Positions 36,254 through 46,594 of a stretch of DNA of 64,000 bases are shown piece after piece. Under the pieces are notes generated by a model, which saw only the letters and a list, made by a program, of their open reading frames with translations, had not been told where the DNA came from and searched no databases. Source of the stretch: Bdellovibrionota bacterium FG-1 (lineage in GTDB: Bacteria > Bdellovibrionota > UBA1018); contig JBBCAW010000052.1 in assembly GCA_051382295.1 (NCBI GenBank), positions 21,940-85,939 on the forward strand, in the 5' to 3' direction. Position 1 is the stretch's first letter. Each line of letters begins with the position of its first letter. Made by a program: the position numbers and the translations under genes.

Positions 36254-39200
36254 ATGAAACTCGCAGAAATTTTTGAAACAAAAATCGAAGAAAAAATCGA
36301 CCCGGTCATTAAGGTAGGCGAGGTACAGGATGAAGCTAAACTCGCGTCGGAGATCGGCGCTTATGTCGTCACACCCACTATCGAAAAATATATTGACGAG
36401 TTTCTTGAGCATTTCACGGACACCTTCCTAAGCAGGACCACCGAGATTGGCTCGTGGATCTCGGGCTACTTCGGATCGGGAAAGTCGCATCTCGCCAAGA
36501 TTTTGTCCTTGCTGGTTGAGAATCGAACGCTCACTGGTCATGCGGCCACCAAACGTTTCGAGGGAAGAGTTCCGCATGCAGCGCTCCACCGTAGCTCAAT
36601 TTTGCGCAGTCTCGGACGCATGGATCAGTGTGGAACACAGGTCCTTGCCTTTAATTTGAATACGCTTGTGGACAGTAAAACCACGCCATTACCTCGCCTT
36701 CTTCTCTCTCAGTATTATCAGTCGCGCGGGTACAGCTCTAACCTCTTATACGCAAGGGTGATCGAGCAGGAAATCGATCGACGCGGAAAACTCGAAGCTC
36801 TCCACAATGAAGTGGCTGCACTCGCAGATCGCCCCTGGGTCGACATTCAAAAGAACCCAGGTTTTTACGCAAAACATCTCTATAAAGCGGCATGTAAGGT
36901 CGCTCCAGACGCGTTCTCCAGCCCCGAGGAAGTCGCTCAAGCGCTCAAAAACGCCGAAAAGGGCGACCTCTATAATGCGCAGTTCCTTGTTCAAACGATG
37001 TTGGACGATCTCGAAATACGTAAGCAGGAAACTAAAAAACCGGCCCGCTTTCTCTTCGTGCTCGACGAGTCCGGCCAGTGGATCGAAGACGATGCGGGAC
37101 GCCTCGCACAGCTCCAGGCACTTGTTGAAGAGGCATCCATCAAGGGCCAGGGGCGGATCTGGATATTTGTCACCACCCACGAAGACATGGGCGCAATTTT
37201 CCAAAACGCACGGGCACTTCAAGCAGACATGAAGAAGATCGAACCCCGCTTCATTTACAAGTGGTCCCTTACCACTGAGAATATCGAACTGGTCCTGGAG
37301 GACCGTATCTTCAAAAAGAAAATTGCGGGTAAGGACGCAGTTGTGAAAGCGTATGAAGCAGCACCGGGCGTGCTGCGTGGGCTTGGTGAGTTAGCCAACA
37401 CTAGCCAGAAGCTCCCTAGCTGTGAGCGCGAACGGTTCGTCACCTTTTATCCATTTTTCCCCTATCAGATTCACCTTATCCCAGAGATCGTGAAGAGCCT
37501 GCGTTCCAGGGGTGGTCGCGGAGAACAGCTCTCGGGGTCCACCCGCACGTTGCTTGCAATTACGCAGGACATCCTTCGTGCCGGACGCAGACCCTACTTA
37601 AAACTGGAAGTCGGCGAAATCGTCCCATTCGACGAAGTCTACGGCAACCTTTCCGGAGAAGGGGAAGTGAGCCCCGATGTGCGGCGCGAGTTGTCGCGCA
37701 TCGAGGAAATTGTCCCGGCGGCTTGCGCGCTCACTCGCCGCATCGCAGAGGTACTGTTCCTGATCCGCGAGATATCCTATATACCACGGACAATTGACAA
37801 CATTGCACGCCTCTTAGTCGAGTCAACAAGCGATGATCTGCCCACACTGGTGGCGCGCCTCCAGCCAGAACTTGACAAGCTCATCGCCGCCAAGATGCTC
37901 ACTCGGATTGGGGATGAGTACGAATTTCTCACAGGTGAGCGACGCACATTCGAGGACGAGGTCGCGACAGTGGCTGCGCAAATCAAACAGCAGGACCGCG
38001 AGGCAGGGCTTGCAAAGCACTTCGTCTACGACTCCGACAAGAAGGTCAACCACCTCCGATCGCTCGTTGGATTTGAAACTGTGCAATTTAAAGACGCTGA
38101 ATTTGAAGTGCGCATCAACATGGATGGGACCGTTGCACTGCGGAACGGGCACATCGAAGTACGCATGTTCTCGCCGTTGGCTGCCCTCAGCGGAACAAAG
38201 GTTCCCGAGCTGGAGGACCAGAGCCTGCGTGCGGATGAACAACATACTATTTTCGTACTCTGCGATCGCGTTTTAGGTTTCGACCAGGACCTCAGCCGCT
38301 TTCTCGCTATGCGCGAAGTCGTAAGTGCATGGAAGGGCGACCCGCATAAATCAGAGGAGGCACGCAAGCTGGCCTCAGAGCGCGAAACCAACGACCTCGA
38401 CAAGCTGGAGCGTCGGGTCCGGGACGGGATCAAAGTTGGCATCAAACAGGCTCACGTCATTTTCCGGGGCTCAAGTCGTGCCCTCTCACCGCGTTCCGGA
38501 CAGACGCCAGGCGAAACCCTTCGCGCAGAACTCTCGACGTTTTGGCCAACCCTTTATCCTAAGTTCGAAAAGGTGCCAGTACGAATTGCGCAGGAGCAGA
38601 AGGCGATCCTTGACGTTCTCAGCGGAGAAAAGAACCTCGCTCCAGATGTCAAAGCGCTGCGGCTTTTCGATCAAGCCGGCGCCCTCGACCCAAATTCCCC
38701 CTTGCTCGACGCCACGCGAATATTCTTGGCGAGCCGCCAGAACAAAAAGGAGCGGACCCTGGGAAAAGACATCCTTGAGGAATTTGGCATCCCACCATAC
38801 GGATGGGATCGGAACGCGGTCCGGGTCGGGGTGGCGGCGTGTGTGAGAGCTGGAACGATCAAGGTCCTGATCGGCAAGATGCCGCATACGAACCCCTCCG
38901 ACCAGGCATTGCAGAAAGCTCTTCGTGACAGCCGCGAGTTTGAGAGAGTCGAGCTAGTGCTCGAAGATTCGGATGTTAGCCCGGACGAATTAGAAGGGGC
39001 GCGCACGCTATTAATGAAACTCACTGGCAAGCGAAAGATCGACGAGACACCTGCGGCCTTGCACGAGGCAATGGATGCTTTCGGCAAAGAAAAGCTTGGG
39101 CGCGCAGAAAAGTTGATTGACTGGGCTGATGCGGCCGGGCTCCCCCGTCCCAAGGTTTTCGACGAAGGAAAGGAAGCACTGGAAAGTGTCCTTGCCCTCT

Positions 39201-39922
39201 CAAACCCGGTACACCGAGTTAAAGAGATTTACACCCGCGCAGAGGACCTCAAACGTGGGGTCGAGTCCATTGATCAGCTCGTTACATTTCGGGAGAAGTG
39301 GGGCCTTGCGTTCACCGAACTCAAGAGCTTCGCGACACAGCTCAGTGGTATTGACCATTTGCTTCCGTCGGGAGGCACCATTCATGGTTTTATCGGCGAG
39401 TACGAAGCAGCACGAGCTAGCGCTCGGTTTGCCGAACCAGAGATTTGGAAGGTGATCCAGGGAGCCAAGGCGAGTGCGGCGCTTGAACTCCAAACGATGC
39501 TCAGCGGCTGGCGTGACGAAGCAAGGCAGATCATCAGGGAGACACTTGATCGGCTCCCCGAAGATCTCAAGCAACAGAAGCTGGAGCAGGAACTTATTAA
39601 AGAAATGACTGTTCCTCTCGACGGATTTCTTGCAGCACTTGATACCGAGAGCGATCCGGTCCGAGTTGCGGCGCTATCTGTGCGCGCAAGACGCCTTGTA
39701 GACGAACTGGCTGCTGCCCTCCGCAAAGAGGCAGAGAAGCGAGCACCGAAGCCGCCGGCAAATGAGCCGGCCAAGCCTGCTCGGGAGACGCGCCGAGTGC
39801 GATTCTCTGACGTGTCCACCGTTCGACACGTTCGTTCAGAAACTGAATGGGAGGAGTTAAAGAAAAAGCTGGATGAGCGGGTGCGGACTCTGTTGCGCGA
39901 CTTCGAAGTGGAGTTCGACTGA
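36254..39922 (+). CDS. brxC: BREX P-loop ATPase BrxC
   Basis: IDPVIKV, YVVT, WISGYFGSGKSHLAK, VLDESGQW and YPFFPYQ motifs; about 1220 aa. Confidence 0.92.
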   Translation: MKLAEIFETKIEEKIDPVIKVGEVQDEAKLASEIGAYVVTPTIEKYIDEFLEHFTDTFLSRTTEIGSWISGYFGSGKSHLAKILSLLVENRTLTGHAATKRFEGRVPHAALHRSSILRSLGRMDQCGTQVLAFNLNTLVDSKTTPLPRLLLSQYYQSRGYSSNLLYARVIEQEIDRRGKLEALHNEVAALADRPWVDIQKNPGFYAKHLYKAACKVAPDAFSSPEEVAQALKNAEKGDLYNAQFLVQTMLDDLEIRKQETKKPARFLFVLDESGQWIEDDAGRLAQLQALVEEASIKGQGRIWIFVTTHEDMGAIFQNARALQADMKKIEPRFIYKWSLTTENIELVLEDRIFKKKIAGKDAVVKAYEAAPGVLRGLGELANTSQKLPSCERERFVTFYPFFPYQIHLIPEIVKSLRSRGGRGEQLSGSTRTLLAITQDILRAGRRPYLKLEVGEIVPFDEVYGNLSGEGEVSPDVRRELSRIEEIVPAACALTRRIAEVLFLIREISYIPRTIDNIARLLVESTSDDLPTLVARLQPELDKLIAAKMLTRIGDEYEFLTGERRTFEDEVATVAAQIKQQDREAGLAKHFVYDSDKKVNHLRSLVGFETVQFKDAEFEVRINMDGTVALRNGHIEVRMFSPLAALSGTKVPELEDQSLRADEQHTIFVLCDRVLGFDQDLSRFLAMREVVSAWKGDPHKSEEARKLASERETNDLDKLERRVRDGIKVGIKQAHVIFRGSSRALSPRSGQTPGETLRAELSTFWPTLYPKFEKVPVRIAQEQKAILDVLSGEKNLAPDVKALRLFDQAGALDPNSPLLDATRIFLASRQNKKERTLGKDILEEFGIPPYGWDRNAVRVGVAACVRAGTIKVLIGKMPHTNPSDQALQKALRDSREFERVELVLEDSDVSPDELEGARTLLMKLTGKRKIDETPAALHEAMDAFGKEKLGRAEKLIDWADAAGLPRPKVFDEGKEALESVLALSNPVHRVKEIYTRAEDLKRGVESIDQLVTFREKWGLAFTELKSFATQLSGIDHLLPSGGTIHGFIGEYEAARASARFAEPEIWKVIQGAKASAALELQTMLSGWRDEARQIIRETLDRLPEDLKQQKLEQELIKEMTVPLDGFLAALDTESDPVRVAALSVRARRLVDELAAALRKEAEKRAPKPPANEPAKPARETRRVRFSDVSTVRHVRSETEWEELKKKLDERVRTLLRDFEVEFD

Positions 39923-42900
39923 TGGATTTCAAGAGTACACTTCGGGCAATCACGCTCGAACTTCGACACGAGCTTGAAGGCAAGTACGACCCCGAAGGGG
40001 GGTGGCATCCGGGTGACTTAGAACGGCGCCTCGCAGCCATAGGTGTCCGTCGGGATCGCTCCTCCGTCCCTGTCGATGAGCTACCACACCTGTCTGTGGA
40101 GGACCGTGAAGCGCGGAGAGTCGTGGATGCATTCCTCACGAGCCGTACTGAAGCAGATCAAAGCCGCGAGGCCGCTATTGCCGATTTTGTCCGCGAAGCG
40201 GCCTACGGATGGGCGAATCGCCTATTAGCTCTACGCTGTATGGAAGCGCGCGGACTAATAGACGAAGTGATCCTCCTGAAGGAAACATACGGGGGCCGCT
40301 CGCTTCAACATCAGCGTCTAGCAAAGAAGGAACCGGAGCGATGCGCGGGCGAAGACGAAGGTCTGCTTGCGGCATTATTCGATGAGTTCACTCGACGCGC
40401 AAAAGAGCTTCCACTTCTCTTTGACCCAAAAGCGTCCGAGGTAGCTCTTCGTCCCGCGGTCGCCGCGCTCAAACGTTGTATAGGTCTTCTGTCGGGAACC
40501 ATCGCCGTAAAGGGGCAGGAGGCGGCGACTGACGAAGTGTTTACGGCACCGGACGCCCTGGGATGGACCTATCAGTACTGGAATACGGAGGAGAAGGCCC
40601 GAGTATTCGAGAAAGTGCGTACCGACCAAGCCAAGATCCAAGGAACGGAGATAATTCCAGCAACTTGTATTTACACCGACCCCTATATAGTGAAATTTCT
40701 CGTTCAAAATTCTCTAGGAGCGATGTGGATGGGCATGAACCCCGGTTCACATCTCTGCGAAACGTGGGATTACTATGTTCGTGGCGCAGATCGAGCGCCC
40801 GCAACAAAGAAGGCTGTTTCGGAGATCACGTTCCTTGATCCCGCCTGCGGAAGCGGCCACTTTCTCATTGAGGCATTTGAAGTCTTCTATTCACTGTACA
40901 TCGAGGAAGCAAAGATCACCGAGCCGGCCAAAATCTGTGCCTCTATTCTCGAACGCAATCTTTACGGAATTGACATCGATGAGCGAGCAGTACAGATCGC
41001 GGCACTCGCATTGGTGATGAAGGCCAAGGAAAAAGCCCCGGACTTCGTTCCCCGTCAGGTAAACATCGTGGCAACCAATATTCGGCTGCCCAACAGCAAA
41101 GAGCATCTAGAGACATTTCTACACAAGCACCCAGAGGACGCCCCGCTAAAACCTGCGCTTCTCGCGATATTTGAGGGTCTATCCCATGCGGACGAGCTTG
41201 GGTCTCTCCTTCAGATTGAGGAACCGGTAGAGCGAGAACTCCAAGTCCTCAAAGCAAAATACGAAACTGCGGGCGTGCCAATGGAACAGCAGGGCCTTTG
41301 GAAGGAGTATGCAGTTCCAATCCAGGGCAAGCTTCCGCTTGGAATTGCGAGTTATTCTCTTTGGAAGCAGAATGTCGTAAATCGTCTGCACCAGCACTTC
41401 AGCGCGGAGGCTCAAGAAATAGATCTCGCAACAGCTTTTTTCGGTGAGGCTGTCAGCAAAGGCCTTTCCCTCACGGACATGCTCACGCGGCGCTATGATG
41501 TTATTGCCGCGAACCCACCCTACATGGGCTCAAAGAACATGGGTCCTGTGTTGAAGGGCTATATACAGCGACACTTTCCTGCGGGAAAGCGAGATATTTA
41601 CGCAGCATTCATTATGCGATCCATTAACCTAGCTAATATCGGCGGTCGGGTCGCGGTAGTTAGTCAGCAATCGTGGATGTTCAACAAGTACTTTCAGAAA
41701 CTGAGATCGGGGAACCCGAACTCCAGTGTCCTAGATGCAACATCTGTTGAATGCTTAGCTCATCTCGGACCGAATGCGTTTGCAGATCTATCAGGGGAAG
41801 TTGTCTCGGCGGCAGCAATTGTATTATCGATCCACGTTGACCGACGCCACCATATATTAGCGTTTCGCATGACAGATCTGGATGGACCCGCTCTCAAAGC
41901 ACAATCTCTCGCAGACACGGTGAGGGTTGATGATTCAAAGCGCCGATTTCGGGTCGCACAAGTTGATATAACTCGGTTGCCTGGTGCGCCCGTCGTCTAC
42001 TGGCTCAGAGAATCACTTCTGCAGCTCATTCATCGTTTGAAGCGGCTCTCTTCCACTTCAACTGTATGTGAAGGTCTTCACCCAACGGATACGCCGAGAT
42101 TTGTTCGCTATTGGTGGGAGGCAACGAACGAGAAGCGCTGGGCTTGGTATTCGCGTGGTGGTGAATTCCGACGCTGGTCAGGCCTGAACCGCACGAAGAT
42201 CGATTGGAGTGTATCAGGCGACAGACTGCGCTTAACTGGAAAAGCGATCATCCCTTCTGCCGACAGGTATTTTACCCCTGGTATTACCTATACGGATTTT
42301 GCGTCTGGTACAATGGCTGCACGCATTCTAGATGCGAGTCACATTTTCAGTGATGCTGCACCCGCGATCTTCCCTGAGCGGGCATCCACGCAAGCAGTTC
42401 TCGCAACAGTTAATTCCAGATTCTTCACTGTCGTGATGCGAGCGCTCTCACCTAGCCCTTTCCACTTTCGAACAGGATATGTTGCTATGGCTCCGTTTCC
42501 TGATCTTCCTTTTCCGACCCCAGTCGACCCCATCGTCGACTGTATCTTGCAACTCGCCAGAGTCGAAGCTTCGCGCGATCCAACCGAAGGGACCTTTCGG
42601 CCTTACCGTATCATAGCGGCGAATTCACTCCGTGATGCTTACCGAGCGGATACAGTCGAAGTCGAGGCTTGTGCAAGCGTACTTCACGCGCTTGAGGGAA
42701 TTGTGGAGCGAAAAGTTTTCACAGCCTACGGCATTGAAAACGAGGATCTTGCAGCTGTACTTGATGAGACCGGCACACCTGCTGGCTGGTATCCCACGAT
42801 TCTGGGTTACGACGCATTTCCACCGCTACCTGATATCATCACGTTGCCACAAGACCTTATCGAACAGATTATTCAGGGAGCACGTCGCACAATGCCACCA

Positions 42901-44106
42901 GAAGATCTAGCCAATCTCAAACGTCAACTGCGCGAACTCTATGAGGCTGGGCCAAGCAAGAGCATGAGCAACGGGACCCAAGAAGGCGCCGACGAAATTG
43001 AAGAAGACCTGGACGATGACGTGGACGTTCCGGGCGCTGGCAATCCCATCCCGGCTGAGACATTTATTGACGAGCTATCTCGTAAGCTTCAGATAAATCC
43101 AATTTCGATCTTCTGGCTACTCAAGGAGCTTCGAGACCAGGAGAAAGTCGTTTGTCCATCCGAGCTACGTGGTTTCAGCGAAAACTACGTATCCTTTATT
43201 GTTCTGCACCTCCTCGGCCACCGACAATCGAGCGAACAACCAGACGACAATGCTGAGCCAAACAGAAAAATTCAAGACCTTATTATTCCCATTAGCGACG
43301 GAACTGGCGAAACAAAACTCCTGGCACGAGTTCGTGAAATAATCGCGGAGGATTTTGGTACTAAGAGCGTGCAGACGTTCGAGCGTGAGTTCCATGAAAG
43401 CGTTGGCAAGCATCTTGGGGAGTGGCTAGAAACCGAGTTCTTTAAACGACACATATCTCAGTTTAAAAAACGGCCCATTGTCTGGCAGCTTGAAAGCACG
43501 CCAGGCGGAAGCGGCAAGCGGCAAGGTCGCCGCTCCGTGCGAAAAACATCCGCGTTTTCGTGCCTCGTATATTATCAGTTACTGGATTCGGACCTCCTCC
43601 CGAAGCTCCGTACACAGTATGTCGGCCCCCTCCGAGTTAGCATTCAAACGGAATTACGAAGTTTGGAGACGATGACGAGCAGAACGGCGGAGCAGGACGC
43701 TCGCCGTTTGGAGTTGGACAAAACTATGGAAGAACTCAAGGCGTTTGATGCTCGACTCGATCAAGCAGCCTCAGTAGGATTCGCGTCAGATTCGCTCGAT
43801 ATGCTAGTAACCAGCGAGCCGCTTGATAAGTGGATATCGCAGGGGGAGCAATTCGCCCCACCTGTTTCTAAAGATGCCTTTCTGGCACAAGAACGGAAAT
43901 ACGACCCGGGCCTTAACGATGGCGTACGCGTAAACATTGCACCCCTCCAGCGTGCAGGGTTGCTCACCACCGACATTCTTTCCAAAAAGGACGTTGAAAA
44001 GGCCCTCTCTGACCGCGCCGAGTGGCGGGCTGACGAACGACGGTGGTGCAGAGAAGGGAAACTTCCACGGCCGGGGTGGTGGGATGCGACAGGAGTCGGG
44101 CGATGA
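39922..44106 (+). CDS. pglX: BREX adenine methyltransferase PglX/BrxX
   Basis: AAYGWANRLLALRCMEARG, LGWTYQYWN, FLVQNSLG, FLDPACGSGHFL, ANPPY, KKRPIVW and NDGVRVN motifs. Confidence 0.92.
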   Translation: MDFKSTLRAITLELRHELEGKYDPEGGWHPGDLERRLAAIGVRRDRSSVPVDELPHLSVEDREARRVVDAFLTSRTEADQSREAAIADFVREAAYGWANRLLALRCMEARGLIDEVILLKETYGGRSLQHQRLAKKEPERCAGEDEGLLAALFDEFTRRAKELPLLFDPKASEVALRPAVAALKRCIGLLSGTIAVKGQEAATDEVFTAPDALGWTYQYWNTEEKARVFEKVRTDQAKIQGTEIIPATCIYTDPYIVKFLVQNSLGAMWMGMNPGSHLCETWDYYVRGADRAPATKKAVSEITFLDPACGSGHFLIEAFEVFYSLYIEEAKITEPAKICASILERNLYGIDIDERAVQIAALALVMKAKEKAPDFVPRQVNIVATNIRLPNSKEHLETFLHKHPEDAPLKPALLAIFEGLSHADELGSLLQIEEPVERELQVLKAKYETAGVPMEQQGLWKEYAVPIQGKLPLGIASYSLWKQNVVNRLHQHFSAEAQEIDLATAFFGEAVSKGLSLTDMLTRRYDVIAANPPYMGSKNMGPVLKGYIQRHFPAGKRDIYAAFIMRSINLANIGGRVAVVSQQSWMFNKYFQKLRSGNPNSSVLDATSVECLAHLGPNAFADLSGEVVSAAAIVLSIHVDRRHHILAFRMTDLDGPALKAQSLADTVRVDDSKRRFRVAQVDITRLPGAPVVYWLRESLLQLIHRLKRLSSTSTVCEGLHPTDTPRFVRYWWEATNEKRWAWYSRGGEFRRWSGLNRTKIDWSVSGDRLRLTGKAIIPSADRYFTPGITYTDFASGTMAARILDASHIFSDAAPAIFPERASTQAVLATVNSRFFTVVMRALSPSPFHFRTGYVAMAPFPDLPFPTPVDPIVDCILQLARVEASRDPTEGTFRPYRIIAANSLRDAYRADTVEVEACASVLHALEGIVERKVFTAYGIENEDLAAVLDETGTPAGWYPTILGYDAFPPLPDIITLPQDLIEQIIQGARRTMPPEDLANLKRQLRELYEAGPSKSMSNGTQEGADEIEEDLDDDVDVPGAGNPIPAETFIDELSRKLQINPISIFWLLKELRDQEKVVCPSELRGFSENYVSFIVLHLLGHRQSSEQPDDNAEPNRKIQDLIIPISDGTGETKLLARVREIIAEDFGTKSVQTFEREFHESVGKHLGEWLETEFFKRHISQFKKRPIVWQLESTPGGSGKRQGRRSVRKTSAFSCLVYYQLLDSDLLPKLRTQYVGPLRVSIQTELRSLETMTSRTAEQDARRLELDKTMEELKAFDARLDQAASVGFASDSLDMLVTSEPLDKWISQGEQFAPPVSKDAFLAQERKYDPGLNDGVRVNIAPLQRAGLLTTDILSKKDVEKALSDRAEWRADERRWCREGKLPRPGWWDATGVGR

Positions 44107-46592
44107 CAGAACTCAGTTTTAGGGTGTGGCTTAGAAATGAAGTGACAACAGTCCTTAACCGCAAGACGACGCCACCCCCGCTCCTGCTTTGGTGCGACCC
44201 GGACGACGTATGGCGTGACTTGCTCCGCGCCGCCGCCGAGGACGGAGCCTTTGATCTCTGGGCTGACGGTGAGCACGAACTCGTACTTCGGGAGCGCCTT
44301 CATACCTCGCCCCTGTCTCCACGCGTCGTTTGGCTTCCGTCCGGTGCAGACGAGATCAGCTATCTCAAGGTTTTCGAGTTTCAAGCTGAACGGGTATGGA
44401 CGGAGTCCCTCGTGTCCGCACTTGCTCGGTTTGGTGTCGAGCTAGCGCGGGACCACGAGGCAGGGGTCAGACAACTCTTACCGGCATATGCGAAAGAGTG
44501 CATCGATCAGCCTCGTTCGGCTTGGCGCGAACTCACGCCAGGGACTGCAAAGTCGATGCTGGTGGACGAGGACCACGTCCTGCTCGCACTCGCTAAATCA
44601 GGAGTTCCAATTGTGGACGTTCTGGGCAGCGAGCGATTGAGCGTATTTGCCCGCCGCGTGACCGAAGATTTTGGTCTTCCGGCCCCCATACCGAACAAGG
44701 ACGATGACTGGCGGTTGGCCTCAGTTGCGCGGCTTCTAGCGACCGAGGCTGCCGTGCGCATGCCGAACGAGCCTCCGGGCGAGGGAGACCGGATTATTCC
44801 TGCGGGACCCGCACGGGATCGAGCTATCAAGCTCGTCGATCGGTGGCAAAAGAATGTCGACTTGATGGCGGCATTCGAGAATATTGTTCGCCAGGCCGAC
44901 GGGATTACGACACTAGTCTACTGGGCACGTAACCTCGTGGCGCTTGCTCCGGCCCTCTCCTCGCGTGCTGCCGAAGAGACATTGTTCCAAAAAGAAGTCG
45001 ACCACCTCGCTCAGATCGAGGACTTCGATCTGCTTGCGCTTCGCCTTAAAGAGAGAGAACAGTACTTCGCGGCCCATGCTCGCGGCTTTTGGGGCTGCCG
45101 AGCCGAACAGAAGGTCCCGTGGCAAAGTCTCGTCTCAATGTCTCGGGCTGCAAATCTTCTGCGTGAACAGGTCGGGGTCGAAAAAGGGTGGAAGGCTCCG
45201 CGCGAAGCGATTACCTGGTTCACTGAAATTGGTTGGGAGATCGACCGTCAAGGCGAGGTACTCTTTCGCGACGATGCAGGCCTGTCTGGCGGTCTCCACG
45301 GTGTCCGCGCGCGTCTCCGCCGTTCATACCTCCGGCACCTCGATCGGTCCAATGCCGCCTTCTCTGAGATGCTCCACCACCACGGGGTGGGCACACTCGG
45401 TCTCTCGTTCGCGGGCGAGATGCTGGCCAAAGTTCGCCCTCCAAAAGACCCAATGGCGGTTCTCGTACTCGACGCTTGTCGGTACGACCTCGGCGCAAGG
45501 ATTGCTGAAGAGCTAGACAAGGGCGAACCGACTCGGCGTACAGAGGTACTCGCCGCGCGCGCACCCCTACCATCCATCACCGCGCTCGGTATGTCATTCG
45601 CTCTCGCCGACGATAGCAGCACATTATCTGTTGGCATCACGACTGAGACCCCGGCACGATGGAGGGTAACCACAAAAGACGGCACGCAAGATCTAACGGC
45701 AGCGGAAGCGAGACGGGAATGGCTGCGACGCAGGTTCAAACTCAAGCCAACCGCTACGACCGATGTTAAGAGCGTCTTGGACTCGCCCCCGCCTGCCCCC
45801 AAGGACAGTGGCCGACTTCTTTTCGTGTTCGGTGACGAGTTCGACGCTCAAGGACACGAAGGCGAACTCAAGTTTACGGGCGCTGACGACCACATCGAGA
45901 GATATGTTCGTGTAGTTCGGAGATTGCGAGACGCGGGCTATACGACGGTCGCGATAGTTACGGATCACGGATTTGTCCATTGGGAGCCAGAGAAGGACGA
46001 AGTAGATGACCCGCCTACTGGCGATGTACTTTGGAAGTCCCGCCGCGCAGTTGTGGGACGAGCACTCAAGCACCCAACGGCAGTTGCGATACCCGTCCAG
46101 GGAAGTGATCTCGACTGCCGGGTGCCAAGAAGTGTGAACGCATTTCGAACTTATGGCGGGATCGGATTTTTCCATGGCGGTGCGACCCTTCAGGAACTTG
46201 TAATCCCGGTAGTCATCTTCCGTTCACCCAAAAAGGCAGAGAAGATTTCCGCTGTACTGACTCCACTTGCGGAGATCTCGTCGCTCAAGCCCCGAGTGGA
46301 AGTAAAGTCCGGCACCCAAACTGCCATGTTTGGCCCCGACGCCAAGGTCACAGGGCGACAGATCATAGTGAAAGTAATTGAACCCAAAAGCGGTCGCCGG
46401 CTCTTTCGATCAGCCAAGAGCTGCAAGATCGATTCGGACAGCGCGGGTGTAACCATCGTGCTCGAAAGGGAGGCTGGTGAGACCTGCCCCCGTGGTGCTC
46501 GCCTAACGGTCGAGGTGCGTGACGCTGACAATGATGAACTTCTCGACCGATGCGAAGTCGAACTAAAAATCGATTTAGAGGAGTGGGACTGA
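44103..46592 (+). CDS. pglZ: BREX PglZ (alkaline-phosphatase-superfamily domain)
   Basis: VLVLDACRYD, LPSITALGM, IVTDHGF and FFHGGATLQE motifs. Confidence 0.92.
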   Translation: MTELSFRVWLRNEVTTVLNRKTTPPPLLLWCDPDDVWRDLLRAAAEDGAFDLWADGEHELVLRERLHTSPLSPRVVWLPSGADEISYLKVFEFQAERVWTESLVSALARFGVELARDHEAGVRQLLPAYAKECIDQPRSAWRELTPGTAKSMLVDEDHVLLALAKSGVPIVDVLGSERLSVFARRVTEDFGLPAPIPNKDDDWRLASVARLLATEAAVRMPNEPPGEGDRIIPAGPARDRAIKLVDRWQKNVDLMAAFENIVRQADGITTLVYWARNLVALAPALSSRAAEETLFQKEVDHLAQIEDFDLLALRLKEREQYFAAHARGFWGCRAEQKVPWQSLVSMSRAANLLREQVGVEKGWKAPREAITWFTEIGWEIDRQGEVLFRDDAGLSGGLHGVRARLRRSYLRHLDRSNAAFSEMLHHHGVGTLGLSFAGEMLAKVRPPKDPMAVLVLDACRYDLGARIAEELDKGEPTRRTEVLAARAPLPSITALGMSFALADDSSTLSVGITTETPARWRVTTKDGTQDLTAAEARREWLRRRFKLKPTATTDVKSVLDSPPPAPKDSGRLLFVFGDEFDAQGHEGELKFTGADDHIERYVRVVRRLRDAGYTTVAIVTDHGFVHWEPEKDEVDDPPTGDVLWKSRRAVVGRALKHPTAVAIPVQGSDLDCRVPRSVNAFRTYGGIGFFHGGATLQELVIPVVIFRSPKKAEKISAVLTPLAEISSLKPRVEVKSGTQTAMFGPDAKVTGRQIIVKVIEPKSGRRLFRSAKSCKIDSDSAGVTIVLEREAGETCPRGARLTVEVRDADNDELLDRCEVELKIDLEEWD

Positions 46593-46594
46593 CT

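Noticed and set aside
41560..42700. Swapped or invertible target-recognition domain in pglX
   Set aside because: The composition looks slightly different by eye, but I found no flanking repeats or second pglX fragment; this needs computation.
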